NCBI GenBank assembly: GCA_039189765.1 | Contig: JBCCYL010000007.1 | Span: forward strand, 32,001-96,000 | Direction of reading: 5' to 3' | DNA: 64,000 nucleotides | Source of the DNA: Cyanobacteria bacterium P01_F01_bin.150 | GTDB taxonomy: Bacteria > Cyanobacteriota > Cyanobacteriia > CAKZMO01 | In this document: positions 1 to 10,042 of the stretch, one piece after another | How the letters are laid out: each line of letters begins with the position of its first letter | How positions within the stretch are numbered: position 1 is the stretch's first letter | Position numbers and translations under genes: made by a program | Notes under the pieces: model-generated | The model's database searches: none | Seen by the model: only the letters and a program-made list of their open reading frames with translations | What the model was told of the DNA's origin: nothing

Positions 1-163
1 GTAGCTTAAAAAATGCATCATAAACAGACCACTCAAATGCCTGAAAAAGCCCCATTGCATTTAACGCGGCAGCTATAGCTACGACGCTGGGTGCAATGAG
101 AAATAATGCACAATCTTGAATCCACCAACGCTTCACAGTCAACTTTGGGATATATTGTTTCAT
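1..163 (-). CDS. CHASE2-domain signalling protein, N-terminal part (runs off the window edge; absent from the ORF track)
   Basis: Manual translation from the ATG at 163 gives MKQYIPKLTVKRWWIQDCALFLIAPSVVAIAAALNAMGLFQAFEWSVYDAFFKL, open to the edge. A TM helix followed by GLFQxFEWxxYD is the usual CHASE2 start (compare GGLDTWEMVIYD in 1746..4328). It lies next to DUF928. Confidence 0.75.
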   Translation of the reverse strand, partial: MKQYIPKLTVKRWWIQDCALFLIAPSVVAIAAALNAMGLFQAFEWSVYDAFFKL

Positions 164-566
164 TCATGTTATGCGCTTGGGACTGTATACAAGACCTACA
201 GGAAAAAACTTTAGATTTCCATGACATTAGTGTATGCCTCAAGCAGGAAACCTCCCTTTAAAGTCCTGAGATAATTCATGTTCCAGAGCCTTAACCTACA
301 GGCCATAAAGTAGCATATGTTATGCACAGCTAAAAACAGACTTTTTGGCTTAGTATTTTCCCTACAAAGGAGTAGCGACTAAATAGGAACTCTGTCAATT
401 AGTTGTTAGCAGCATATCCTCTATAGACCCTGTATAAATATGCTCAAAATACTGAGAATTGATAATTTCTAACAAAAAATTAAACATTGAGCCATGAGTT
501 AGTTACTTACAATGAAGTAAACGTATGAAAAATAGTAAGTATCTTCACTTTCGGAAAGCTAAAGAA

Positions 567-1361
567 CTAAGGACTAACTTCCCCTAAGTTAACGGATTGA
601 AGAACATTTTGCCAATTGCTGCTGACACTAGAATTCTCCGGTGCACTTTCCTTTAAATATGCGAGAAGGGCGAGCATATCATACCAAATTCCGGCTTGGC
701 CATATTGACTTGCTTCTTCTAAAGATGAATTTAGTTCATTTGGTGAATATTCTATAGAGTCATCTGCGATGCGTTGAACCCACCCACTGACAAAAGGACT
801 ATCGGGTCGCAATCGAGCAGAGCAGGGAACTGCAATTCCCCATTCATAGTTTTTTCCCACCTCCAATGAGGGAGCATCCTTGGGCATCTCAATCGTTATA
901 ACCCCACCAATATCTTGCACGGGTAAAAATGTTTCATAAACACTTTGGCCCTGTTCATCTCTAAGATTGAAAAAAACGGATCCTGTGGGAACGCTGGGCA
1001 TATACACTACAAAAGTAGGGTGGGATTGAGTTGTTAGTCCGTAGTTTGATTGAGGTACTAAGGCTGTTAAAGAGGATTGTGTTTCCTCTGTCTGTAAGCA
1101 AGAACTATCCCGGGCTGCACCTCCACGAGTTTCACGGGGAGCATCTCCATTTGGAGGAACAAACGTAACTTGAACTGTTCCATCTCCAATTCTGGCTGTT
1201 GTTGCATGTCCAGGTACAGGTATAGGAGATGCGGCAGCAGCGGAACCCAACAAGCTGCTGATCATAAGGCAACCTAGTAGTAAGGAGGAAGACATCGAAG
1301 TGCTTTTTGCAGCCTGTGAGCTATTTAGTCTAGAAGATAATTGATGTTTCATAACTTGCAT
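567..1361 (-). CDS. DUF928 domain protein, probably exported
   Basis: Signal-like hydrophobic stretch; motifs RGGAAR, LTALVPQSNYGLTTQSHPTFVVYMP, LEVGKNYEW, GWVQR and GIWYD. Confidence 0.9.
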   Translation of the reverse strand: MQVMKHQLSSRLNSSQAAKSTSMSSSLLLGCLMISSLLGSAAAASPIPVPGHATTARIGDGTVQVTFVPPNGDAPRETRGGAARDSSCLQTEETQSSLTALVPQSNYGLTTQSHPTFVVYMPSVPTGSVFFNLRDEQGQSVYETFLPVQDIGGVITIEMPKDAPSLEVGKNYEWGIAVPCSARLRPDSPFVSGWVQRIADDSIEYSPNELNSSLEEASQYGQAGIWYDMLALLAYLKESAPENSSVSSNWQNVLQSVNLGEVSP

Positions 1362-1461
1362 GTAGTACCTTCTCTAGGGAATTAATTGCATCATCTATCA
1401 TCCACCTATCTACAGTGAGGGTTTATGTGCTATCCCTCCTTAGGAGCTAAGACAATGCTGA

Positions 1462-1503
1462 TGTAAACTTAGTTACAATAATATCTGGGTCAATACGTAA
1501 ATT
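1462..1503 (+). promoter_or_regulatory. Candidate NtcA box with a -10 element
   Basis: TGTA-AACTTAGT-TACA (GTA-N8-TAC) at 1462-1477; TAAATT (TAN3T) follows 21 nt after the TAC, at 1498-1503. Confidence 0.45.
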
Positions 1504-1745
1504 CAAGCGAAATGATCCCTAAATATATTTATTTTGAATAATTCTGTGGTTTATAAAGAATAGAAAAAGCATATTTATCTGTAATATTTATGTGTATATA
1601 AGTATTTTTACGAGGAAGCTTTAGCTGTAAAAGAGTTGCTACATGAATTATGTTTATTAATCCGTAAGTATGGCAATTGACAAAATATTAATCGGTTGAT
1701 ATTTACTTTGACTTCGTTTAGGGAACTCTAGGGTATCAGCGATAC

Positions 1746-4328
1746 TTGCTGATGATTCATATTGTTCTAACTAGCTGTTGTGATGCCCTTGTGATTTCCC
1801 TCAAAACGATTTATCAATCAACGTGTCTGCCCCATGGCTATCTATCCGTTCGTAAATATTTATTAAAGTATCCTTTCTTGCTAGCCAGTATTTCGGTCAT
1901 GGGATTACTGCTAATTTTTCGGCAAATAGGAGGTTTAGATACATGGGAAATGGTGATATATGACTATTTAACTCGCCGACAATCCCACACTAGTCAAGAA
2001 TCACGAATTTTAGTTGTTGAAATTACAGAGCAAGATATTCGAACTCAGCAAAGGGCTATTATGTCCGATCAGGTCATTGCTGAAACCCTTGCAAGCTTAC
2101 AGATGCATAATCCTGCTGTAGTAGGTTTAGATATTTTCCGAGATATTCCTCAGCCTCCTGGAAATACTGAGTTAAGAGAGCAGCTTAAATTTTCAAATGT
2201 TGTTGTGATTAATGAATTAGGTGATTTAGCAGAGGGAATGGTGCCGGCTCCCGACTATGTGCTCTCTGAACGTGTAGGTTTTAATGATTTTGTCTTAGAC
2301 CCTGACGATATTTTACGTCGTCATTTGATGTATGCATTTGATGAAGAAGAAACCTTCTACTCATTTTCATTGCGCTTGAGCTTGAAGTATTTAGAAAAAC
2401 AAAAAAAAAATCTAAAAGTAACGCCGAGCTTCTTACAGATTGGGGAAACTGTATTTCCTCGTCTTAGGCCGGGTGCTGGAGGATATCAATCTATTGATAC
2501 GGCTGGTTATCAAGTTTTACTTCGCTATCGGTCACCCGATCAAATTGCCCATAGAGTTTCATTAACAGAGGTTCTTAATGGCCAGTTTGATCCAGCGAGT
2601 GTTGAAAATAAGATTGTTCTAATTGGTACAACCGCTAGAACATCTAAAGATTATTTCTCGACACCTTATAGTGCTAGCGTTGAGGGGAATCGCGCAGAAC
2701 ACAAGTTAGCGGGAGTTCTGGTTCATGCTCAACTGACAAGTCAAATTCTGAGTACGGTTTTGGATCAATCCCAACTAATTTGGTTTTGGCCTGAATGGAT
2801 GGAAATTGCTTGGATGATGAGCTGGGCTTTAATCGGGGGCACGATTGCATGGTGGTTAAAGCACCCTATGGAGTTAGGTAGTGCAGTCGGTATTGCTTTA
2901 ACAAGCTTGTTTGGGGTCTGCTGGATGCTGTTTGTGTTAGCAGGTTGGGTTCCATTCGTAGCTCCAGCCCTTAGTCTAGTCATCACGGCTGGATGTGTCA
3001 TGACCTATCGAGCGTTTCATGTTACTCACTATGACGCTTTAACTGGATTGCCGAATCGGTCATTGTTTCTACAACAGGCACAACGTACTATTACTACAAT
3101 CCCCAAAAAAACTCCTGCTTTATCAGCAGCCATACTATTTCTCGATTTAAATCGTTTCAAGGTCATTAATGAAAGTTTTGGGCATCAAGCTGGGGATCAG
3201 TTGCTGATTAAAGTGGCTAGGCGAATTAAGGCCTGTGTGCCTCCAAATAATCCATTAGCAAGGGTTGGGGGGAATGAATTTGTAGTATTGCTTTCTCGCA
3301 TCAAAGATGCAGAGACTGTTGCGGCGATCGCCGATGAAATGCAAGCCGCATTAAATGAACCGATCTGTCTAAATAATCAAGAGATTTTCATGACTACCAG
3401 TGTAGGAATTGCCATGAGTGCAATTGAGGGTAGAGAAATTCAGGCCGACACGTTGCTAAGAGATGCTCATACTGCGATGTATCGAGCCAAAGCTTTGGGG
3501 AAATCTCGACAACTTTTTGCCAACAGTATGCATACGGTTGCGGTGTCTCGATTGCAGCTAGAGTCGGAGCTTCGTCAGGCTATTAAGCATCGTGAATTTG
3601 TTCTAAATTATCAGCCGATTGTTTCTCTCAAAACAGGGAGAATTAAAGGCTTTGAAGCTCTTGTTCGTTGGCAACACCCGAAGCGTGGTTTTGTGTCACC
3701 GGGACAATTTATTCCAGTAGCTGAGGAAACGGGACTAATCATTCCCATGGGCCGTTGGATTTTAGAGGAAGCCTGTCGACAAATGCATGGTTGGCATCAA
3801 AAGTTTTCCCAGTCTCAGCCTTTGGTGATTGGAGTGAACTTATCCAGCCGTCAGTTTACTCATCCAAAGCTCATTGATGAAATTGAGCAAATTTTGGTAG
3901 AAACTCAACTTGATCATCGCACCCTGAAACTGGAAATTACCGAAAGCATGGCAATGAGTGATGTGGAATCTGCGATTGATATGTTGTTGCGATTGAAGAA
4001 GATGAACCTGACGCTAAGTATTGATGATTTTGGTACGGGTTATTCATCCCTGAGCTATCTCCATCGCTTTCCAACGGATATTTTGAAAGTGGATCGCTCT
4101 TTCGTCAGTCGTATGGAAAATGGAGATGAAGACGCCGAAATCGTGAAAACAATTATTTCTCTTGGCCATAATCTGGGCATGGGAATCGTTGCGGAAGGTG
4201 TGGAAACAGAGTCCCAGCTTGAGACATTGCGGTTGTTGGGTTGTGAGTATGGGCAAGGATATTTCTTTGCTAAACCAATGGCTGCAAAGGATGCAGAGCA
4301 AATGTTAGAGCGATCGCCTACTTGGTGA
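1746..4328 (+). CDS. CHASE2-GGDEF-EAL protein, likely c-di-GMP phosphodiesterase (start may be downstream)
   Basis: CHASE2 motifs (VGLDIFRD, KIVLIG, GVLVHA), three TM helices, YDALTGLPNR, degenerate GGNEF, EALVRW, DDFGTGYSSL and AEGVET. Confidence 0.95.
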   Translation: MLMIHIVLTSCCDALVISLKTIYQSTCLPHGYLSVRKYLLKYPFLLASISVMGLLLIFRQIGGLDTWEMVIYDYLTRRQSHTSQESRILVVEITEQDIRTQQRAIMSDQVIAETLASLQMHNPAVVGLDIFRDIPQPPGNTELREQLKFSNVVVINELGDLAEGMVPAPDYVLSERVGFNDFVLDPDDILRRHLMYAFDEEETFYSFSLRLSLKYLEKQKKNLKVTPSFLQIGETVFPRLRPGAGGYQSIDTAGYQVLLRYRSPDQIAHRVSLTEVLNGQFDPASVENKIVLIGTTARTSKDYFSTPYSASVEGNRAEHKLAGVLVHAQLTSQILSTVLDQSQLIWFWPEWMEIAWMMSWALIGGTIAWWLKHPMELGSAVGIALTSLFGVCWMLFVLAGWVPFVAPALSLVITAGCVMTYRAFHVTHYDALTGLPNRSLFLQQAQRTITTIPKKTPALSAAILFLDLNRFKVINESFGHQAGDQLLIKVARRIKACVPPNNPLARVGGNEFVVLLSRIKDAETVAAIADEMQAALNEPICLNNQEIFMTTSVGIAMSAIEGREIQADTLLRDAHTAMYRAKALGKSRQLFANSMHTVAVSRLQLESELRQAIKHREFVLNYQPIVSLKTGRIKGFEALVRWQHPKRGFVSPGQFIPVAEETGLIIPMGRWILEEACRQMHGWHQKFSQSQPLVIGVNLSSRQFTHPKLIDEIEQILVETQLDHRTLKLEITESMAMSDVESAIDMLLRLKKMNLTLSIDDFGTGYSSLSYLHRFPTDILKVDRSFVSRMENGDEDAEIVKTIISLGHNLGMGIVAEGVETESQLETLRLLGCEYGQGYFFAKPMAAKDAEQMLERSPTW

Positions 4329-4404
4329 CCTTAGCACATTCTTTCTATTTGACAGTCTTTGATAGAAAGCGATCGCGTCAATACAAAATTATTATTTTAT
4401 TTGG

Positions 4405-7095
4405 GTGTCAATTTTTGGGAATCTTATTTTAATGGTTCGTCTACTCTCCCGATGCCAGGTTGTCATTATAGGCTTATTCATTAGTACGATTAATCTTTAC
4501 CCACTACCAAGCTTGGCTCAAATTAGTCCTGATCAAACTTTAGGGGACGAAGCTTCAGTGCTTCACCCTGACACCGACCTTGATGGGGTATTGGTGGACT
4601 TGATTAACGGTGGCGCAACAAGAGAGACAAATCTCTTCCACAGTTTTGAGCATTTTAATGTCAGCGAATCACAGCAGGTTTATTTCGATAGTCCCAGCGG
4701 TATTGATACGATTCTGACTCGGGTTACAGGCAATCGTGCCTCCAACATTATGGGGACATTGGGTGTAAACGGTGGTGCCGACCTGTTTTTGCTTAACCCC
4801 AATGGCATCGTTTTTAGTACTAATGCTCAATTAGATGTGGGTGGTTCGTTTATTGCTACAACAGCAGATGCGTTTCAATTCGAAAGCATGGGCACTTTTA
4901 GTGGGCGTGAGCCAGATCTTCCCTCTTCCCTATTGACTATTGCTCCATCGGCCTTCTTATTTGGTCAAGAGGCGGCGGGATCGATTGTGAATCAATCAAC
5001 GATTGCAGCCACGTATGATGATTTGCCTGATGCTGTTATGGGGTTACGGGTTCCTAACGGTGAGACGTTGGGATTGCTAGGGGGTGATGTGCTAATAGAT
5101 GGCGGATGGCTGAGTGCTTTAGGTGGACGTATTGAAATTGGCTCAGTGGTGGGAGACGGAACCATTAGCCTTAGTGAAAATAGTCGCTTCCAGTTTTTAG
5201 ATACCGTACATCGCGGTGAGGTTCGATTTCAGAACGATGCGGTTGCTGATGCAGCTCTGCGAGGCGGTGGCAATATTCGAGTGATGGCAGCAACTATTGA
5301 TATTATGTCGAGCCTGTTACAAACGGGTATCCGAGCTGGAGAAGAGACATCTGGACGACAGGCCGGAAAGATTTTACTGGATGCAACCGAGCGCATCAGA
5401 CTTAGAGGAGGGACGGATCGCAGTGAAACTGATAATCTGCAAAGTTTTGGTATTTCGAATAATGTGGAGCAGGATAGCATTGGTGATGCAGGACTTATTA
5501 AAGTTATATCTCCTATCCTAACGATTCGCAATGGAGCACAAATTAATGCTTCTGTATTTGGAGGAGGAAATGCAGGCAGAGTGATTATTGAAGCAAGCGA
5601 TCGCGTCACTGCTGCTGGCACTTCAGCCCTAGAAAGCTCCCTTAGCGGCATCTTTAGTTCGGTAGAACAGGGTGGTGTAGGCCATGCAGGGAGAATTCAG
5701 ATCACAACGCCAATCCTCAGAGTAAGAGATGGGGCCAGGATTAGCTCTTCCGTTAATGGTAGCGGGGATGGTGGCAATATCAAGATCAATGTGAGCGACC
5801 AGATAACATTGGATGGAGCATCTACCACTGGCTCCAATGCGAGTGGTGTCTTTAGTACTCTGGATATGGGAGGCGTTGGCAGTGCAGGTCGCATTAAAAT
5901 TACTACGCCTATCTTGAATGTGCAGAACGGGGCACGGATTAACTCGTCTACACTCGGTCAAGGCGATGGCGGCAGCGTCATTATTAGCGCCACTCAATAC
6001 ATTAGTATTGAGGGCAGAACTGACGATGATGATGAAAACTCTTTTTCACGCATTGCTAGTGAAGCATTTTATTTTGGCGATAGTAATAATGAATCGAATG
6101 AAGAAGAAAATACCGACAGTAATGCATTATTTCCCCAGTCTAATGGCATTGTGCTCGGTAATGCAGGTCGGATTGCGATCGCCACACCTGTTCTAAATTT
6201 GACAGATGGGGCACAGATAACCTCCGCCAGTTTCAGTGCTGGGGATGGAGGCAATATCATTATTGATGCAGCAAATCAGATTCATTTGGATGATGGCCTG
6301 ATCAAAGCGAGTAGTCTACAGGATTCTTTTGGCCAAGCAGGAGATATCACGATCACTACGGAGCTGGCTACCGTAGAAAATGATTCCCAACTATTGTCCA
6401 CAACTGGAGATACGACTGGGGGCAATATCTCTTTAGATTTAGATAATTTATTTTTGCTAAGCGGGAGTCGTATTGCTGCGGCTTCAGGGGCAGAAGGGTC
6501 GGGAGGAGACGGGGGCAATATCGTAATTGGTGCCGACTTTATCGTGACGTTGGCCAATCAGGACAGCGATATTGATGCCAATGCCTACAGTGGAAATGGT
6601 GGCAATATTACGATTGAGGCCGAAAACCTATTTAATATCGAATTTCAAGAGCAGCAGTTAACGCCTCGAAATGATATTACTGTCAGCTCAGCGTTTGGGT
6701 TAGATGGTGAGGTCACTATTGAGTCACCCAATATTGATCCAAGTCGCGGAACCACTACGTTACCGACTAATTTGATCGCTAGTCTTCCCCTTGATGCTGT
6801 TTGTCACTCTCAAAATGGTAACCATAGTCAGTTTGTGATGGCTGGCCGAGGAGGATTACCGTCGGCTCCGACAGGGATGCTCAATGGAGTGACGGTTTTG
6901 ACTCCGTGGGTGGTGCGCGATCGCTCCACTTCATTTCTCCCTTCAACACCTACAAGCAACCAGCTTGCTTACTCCTCAGGATTTATTGAGGCTGAGCATT
7001 GGGAAACAGACAAAAATGGGAAGGTCGTTCTTGTCACGTCTTCCCATGTAACTTCCCAGGAACGATGGCCAACCCACAACCTGTGCGCTTCATAA
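4405..7095 (+). CDS. Filamentous haemagglutinin N-terminal-domain (TPS-like) exoprotein; likely start ATG 4432
   Basis: Signal peptide ending in AQ, NLFHSF, LFLLNPNGI, four GxAGxIxIxxP beta-helix repeats and a C-terminal GRGGLP motif. Confidence 0.9.
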   Translation: MSIFGNLILMVRLLSRCQVVIIGLFISTINLYPLPSLAQISPDQTLGDEASVLHPDTDLDGVLVDLINGGATRETNLFHSFEHFNVSESQQVYFDSPSGIDTILTRVTGNRASNIMGTLGVNGGADLFLLNPNGIVFSTNAQLDVGGSFIATTADAFQFESMGTFSGREPDLPSSLLTIAPSAFLFGQEAAGSIVNQSTIAATYDDLPDAVMGLRVPNGETLGLLGGDVLIDGGWLSALGGRIEIGSVVGDGTISLSENSRFQFLDTVHRGEVRFQNDAVADAALRGGGNIRVMAATIDIMSSLLQTGIRAGEETSGRQAGKILLDATERIRLRGGTDRSETDNLQSFGISNNVEQDSIGDAGLIKVISPILTIRNGAQINASVFGGGNAGRVIIEASDRVTAAGTSALESSLSGIFSSVEQGGVGHAGRIQITTPILRVRDGARISSSVNGSGDGGNIKINVSDQITLDGASTTGSNASGVFSTLDMGGVGSAGRIKITTPILNVQNGARINSSTLGQGDGGSVIISATQYISIEGRTDDDDENSFSRIASEAFYFGDSNNESNEEENTDSNALFPQSNGIVLGNAGRIAIATPVLNLTDGAQITSASFSAGDGGNIIIDAANQIHLDDGLIKASSLQDSFGQAGDITITTELATVENDSQLLSTTGDTTGGNISLDLDNLFLLSGSRIAAASGAEGSGGDGGNIVIGADFIVTLANQDSDIDANAYSGNGGNITIEAENLFNIEFQEQQLTPRNDITVSSAFGLDGEVTIESPNIDPSRGTTTLPTNLIASLPLDAVCHSQNGNHSQFVMAGRGGLPSAPTGMLNGVTVLTPWVVRDRSTSFLPSTPTSNQLAYSSGFIEAEHWETDKNGKVVLVTSSHVTSQERWPTHNLCAS

Positions 7096-7245
7096 GGTCG
7101 TTGGTACCTAGCGGTTGGATCGGCTCGAAAAAAATACCAGTACGTTACGGCTGTTGTTTACCATCTCCTATGCATATGCAAACCTTGACTTTGTTGATCT
7201 ATGTTCGCCTAGTCGGAACGATGCCTACCTTACAGCAGTGCTTTT

Positions 7246-7322
7246 GAAGGATGGGCAAAACGAACGTGTGCTCGTCTGGAAGAACGGTTGGTGGGCACGT
7301 CATTGCGTTTTGCCCACCCCAC
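7246..7322 (-). repeat. REP-like palindromic element (GTAGGGTGGGCA family), copy 1
   Basis: The reverse complement aligns with 48016-48094 (gggtgggcaaa...gacgtgc(c/t)caccaa...cgttcgttttgcccatcct). It lies between convergent genes. Confidence 0.7.
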
Positions 7323-7350
7323 GCCAGCCCTTGATTGTCTAGCAGATATC

Positions 7351-8898
7351 CTAACTCAACTTTGTCAGAATACTCAGGAACTTTTTGGTTCTGGGCGTTA
7401 GCAATGTACGGCGATACAGATCTGCAGCCTTTTTAATTGCCTCGGCTTGAGTGGGATAGGGATGAATCACACTAGACATTTTGCTTAGGCCAATCTTGTG
7501 GACAATGGCGGTGGTAACCTCGCTAATCATTTCCCCAGCGTGGCTGGCCACAATAGTTGCGCCGAGGATCTCATCTGACCCTTTTTTATGGAGAATTTTA
7601 ACGAAGCCTTCTTCTTCCCCTTCGGCGATCGCTCGATCTACATCATCAAACGGAATTTTGATGATGTTGGCATCAATACCTCTAGCATGGGCATCCTGCT
7701 CGTACATTCCCACATGGGCAATTTCGGGATCAGTATAGGTTACCCAGGGCATCACTAAATCACTAAGCTTGTATCGCCCAAAACCAAAGGGAGAAAATAG
7801 AGTATTCTTTAGAACAATACGGGCAGCCGCATCCGCTGCATGGGTAAATTTCCAGTTCATGCAGATGTCCCCAGCTGCATAAATATTGGGATTGGAGGTC
7901 TGGAGATAGTCATTTACTTTGACCCCCTTGCGAGGATCATATTCGACGCCAACCGCCTCCAAATTCAGGGTGTCCACATTTGGTGCGCGACCAGCCCCGA
8001 CAAGAATCTCATCTACTACAACAGATCCTACCTGATCCCCAGAATTGTAATGCAAGACCTTCCCTTCAGCGGTCTTTTCAACCCGATGCAGCTTGGCATT
8101 TAGCACAAGCTTCACCCCTGATTTGATAAATGACTGCTGAACAATTTCAGCTGCATCCGCATCTTCCCGAATCAAAACATGATTAGCGCGCTCAAATAGT
8201 ACCACCTGCGTTCCCAATCGTTGGAACGTTTGAGCTAGCTCACAACCAATGGGGCCACCACCAATTACAGCTAAACGTTTAGGCTGTTGCGTCAAATTAA
8301 AGACCGTTTCGTTTGTCAGAAATCCGGCCTCTTCTATCCCCTCAAGATTAGGGCGAAAGGCTCGTGCCCCAGCAGTAATGACCGCCTTCTTAAAGTTTAA
8401 TGTTTGACCATTTACCTCGACCGTATTGGGACCAGTAAATCGTCCTGCTCCCAAAAACATATCTGCCCCTGCCTTTTGAGCACCAATCGCAGAGTCAACC
8501 GGGCTAATCTTGGCTCGAACATGACGCATCCGCTGCATCACAGCAGCAAAGTCAACTTCAATATTCCCCGTTGCCCGTACTCCGTAGGCGCTTGCATTGA
8601 GAATATCTGCAACGGCACGGGAGGAACGAATTACGGCTTTAGAAGGGACACAGCCAACATTAAGACAGTCTCCACCAATCAGGTGTTTTTCAATCAGAGC
8701 TACGTTTAATCCTACATCCAGGCCAGCCGCTCCCTTTGCCGTGACCAAGCCAGCTGTGCCTGCACCAATAACAACCAAGTCATAAATGGTCTTGGGTTTA
8801 GGGTTTTTCCAGTCCAGCGGATGCACATTATCAACCAATGCTTGATTATACTCATCCCTTGGATAAAGATTTAGCTCTTGAAACGTAGAGTGTGTCAT
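7351..8898 (-). CDS. Pyridine nucleotide-disulfide oxidoreductase (MerA/LpdA-like)
   Basis: GAGTAG, GGDCLNVGCVPSK redox pair, GGGPIG, AAGD and HPYPTQAE; it lacks the C-terminal Cys-Cys pair of true MerA. Confidence 0.9.
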   Translation of the reverse strand: MTHSTFQELNLYPRDEYNQALVDNVHPLDWKNPKPKTIYDLVVIGAGTAGLVTAKGAAGLDVGLNVALIEKHLIGGDCLNVGCVPSKAVIRSSRAVADILNASAYGVRATGNIEVDFAAVMQRMRHVRAKISPVDSAIGAQKAGADMFLGAGRFTGPNTVEVNGQTLNFKKAVITAGARAFRPNLEGIEEAGFLTNETVFNLTQQPKRLAVIGGGPIGCELAQTFQRLGTQVVLFERANHVLIREDADAAEIVQQSFIKSGVKLVLNAKLHRVEKTAEGKVLHYNSGDQVGSVVVDEILVGAGRAPNVDTLNLEAVGVEYDPRKGVKVNDYLQTSNPNIYAAGDICMNWKFTHAADAAARIVLKNTLFSPFGFGRYKLSDLVMPWVTYTDPEIAHVGMYEQDAHARGIDANIIKIPFDDVDRAIAEGEEEGFVKILHKKGSDEILGATIVASHAGEMISEVTTAIVHKIGLSKMSSVIHPYPTQAEAIKKAADLYRRTLLTPRTKKFLSILTKLS

Positions 8899-8948
8899 TA
8901 GTTTTGAATTCTGATGGTAAGTATCAACTGTAGGTTACTTATGAACTG

Positions 8949-9749
8949 CTATGCGTCCTGAGGAGTTTGCTCAGCTTGCTCAGTAAGCTTTTCATCCAAG
9001 GCTTTGCGAGCAATACGGGTAATAATGACGGTCACTATAAAGGTCGCGACTATCCCAACGCCGAATAGTAACCATTCAGCCAAAGACTTGTCTCCTCCTC
9101 CCCCAGCAAAAACTTGTGCTAAATTTCCGGCTGCGGCCCCCAGATAGGTGTAGAGAAAGGTTCCAGGGATCATGCCAATAAACCCTAAAACATAGTCCCT
9201 GAGGGAAACACTTGTGATCCCAAATGCGTAATTGAGCAAAACAAAGGGGAAAACAGGAGAAAGACGAGTCAACGAAACAATCTTCAAGCCCTCGTCGCCT
9301 ACAGCACTATCAATGGCGCTAAATGTCGCATTTCCTTCAATTTTTTTCGCAACCCATCCTCGTGCCAGATAACGGCCTACGAGAAATGCAGCCGTTGCAC
9401 CCAAGGAGGCACCAATAAAAGCACATATTGCTCCTTTCCAAAGGCCAAAGAGTGCTCCAGCACCGAGGGTTAACAATCCACCAGAGATAAAAGCAACAGT
9501 GGCAACAACATAAACTGCTATTAGGGCGATCGGTCCCCACGGACCAAGACTGTCAATTTGGGTCAGAGTGTTTTGAATTAACCCTTGAATGCTAAACCCA
9601 CCTCCACTGGCATCTTGGGCTAGAGCTGGGGTCGAAAAGAGGAAAACACCCAAGCAAACGAAGCCGAAGATTTTCAATGGCTTTTTCAATAACGTTGACT
9701 GTTTTAGCAAGGGGTTAAGGCGTAATCGAGAAAAGAAATTGAGATCCAT
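8949..9749 (-). CDS. TVP38/TMEM64 (DedA/SNARE-associated) membrane protein
   Basis: GALFG, GATAAFLVGRY, RLSPVFPFVLLNYAFG and GMIPGTFLYTYLG. Confidence 0.9.
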   Translation of the reverse strand: MDLNFFSRLRLNPLLKQSTLLKKPLKIFGFVCLGVFLFSTPALAQDASGGGFSIQGLIQNTLTQIDSLGPWGPIALIAVYVVATVAFISGGLLTLGAGALFGLWKGAICAFIGASLGATAAFLVGRYLARGWVAKKIEGNATFSAIDSAVGDEGLKIVSLTRLSPVFPFVLLNYAFGITSVSLRDYVLGFIGMIPGTFLYTYLGAAAGNLAQVFAGGGGDKSLAEWLLFGVGIVATFIVTVIITRIARKALDEKLTEQAEQTPQDA

Positions 9750-10042
9750 GGTTCGTTTGTCTGCAGCCTTATGTAGAGGTTGATTATTTTAGATATGGAT
9801 TGAGATAAGAAGAGCAACGTGAAGCAATCACAAATATAGACCAGTTAGAGGCACTTTGCTCTCAACTCTAACGTTCCCTCTTTGAGAGTAATAGTAAAAT
9901 CCTGGGCCAGGCTCAAAATGAGTTTGGGATGAGAGAAAAATAATGGTTTGCTGGCAATCGAGTCGTTTTCTCTTCTAAATTGCCAGGTATAATCAACAGG
10001 CTGTAATTTGCGTCCATCTGCGATATTTGCGGACAAATTCCT

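Noticed and set aside
33..242. 69-aa ORF
   Set aside because: It overlaps, in a different frame, the better-supported CHASE2 N-terminus that starts at 163.
2401..2410. A10 tract as a phase-variation site
   Set aside because: The frame is intact, the tract encodes a Lys run in an AT-rich gene, and there is no evidence of length variation.
4310..4376. GCGATCGC repeats here and throughout the window
   Set aside because: This is HIP1, a well-known genome-wide cyanobacterial octamer; it was used only as a taxonomic clue.
5818..5827. GCATCTACCA, complementary to the array core, as an sRNA target
   Set aside because: Only 10 nt and in the middle of a CDS, far from a start codon; compatible with chance.
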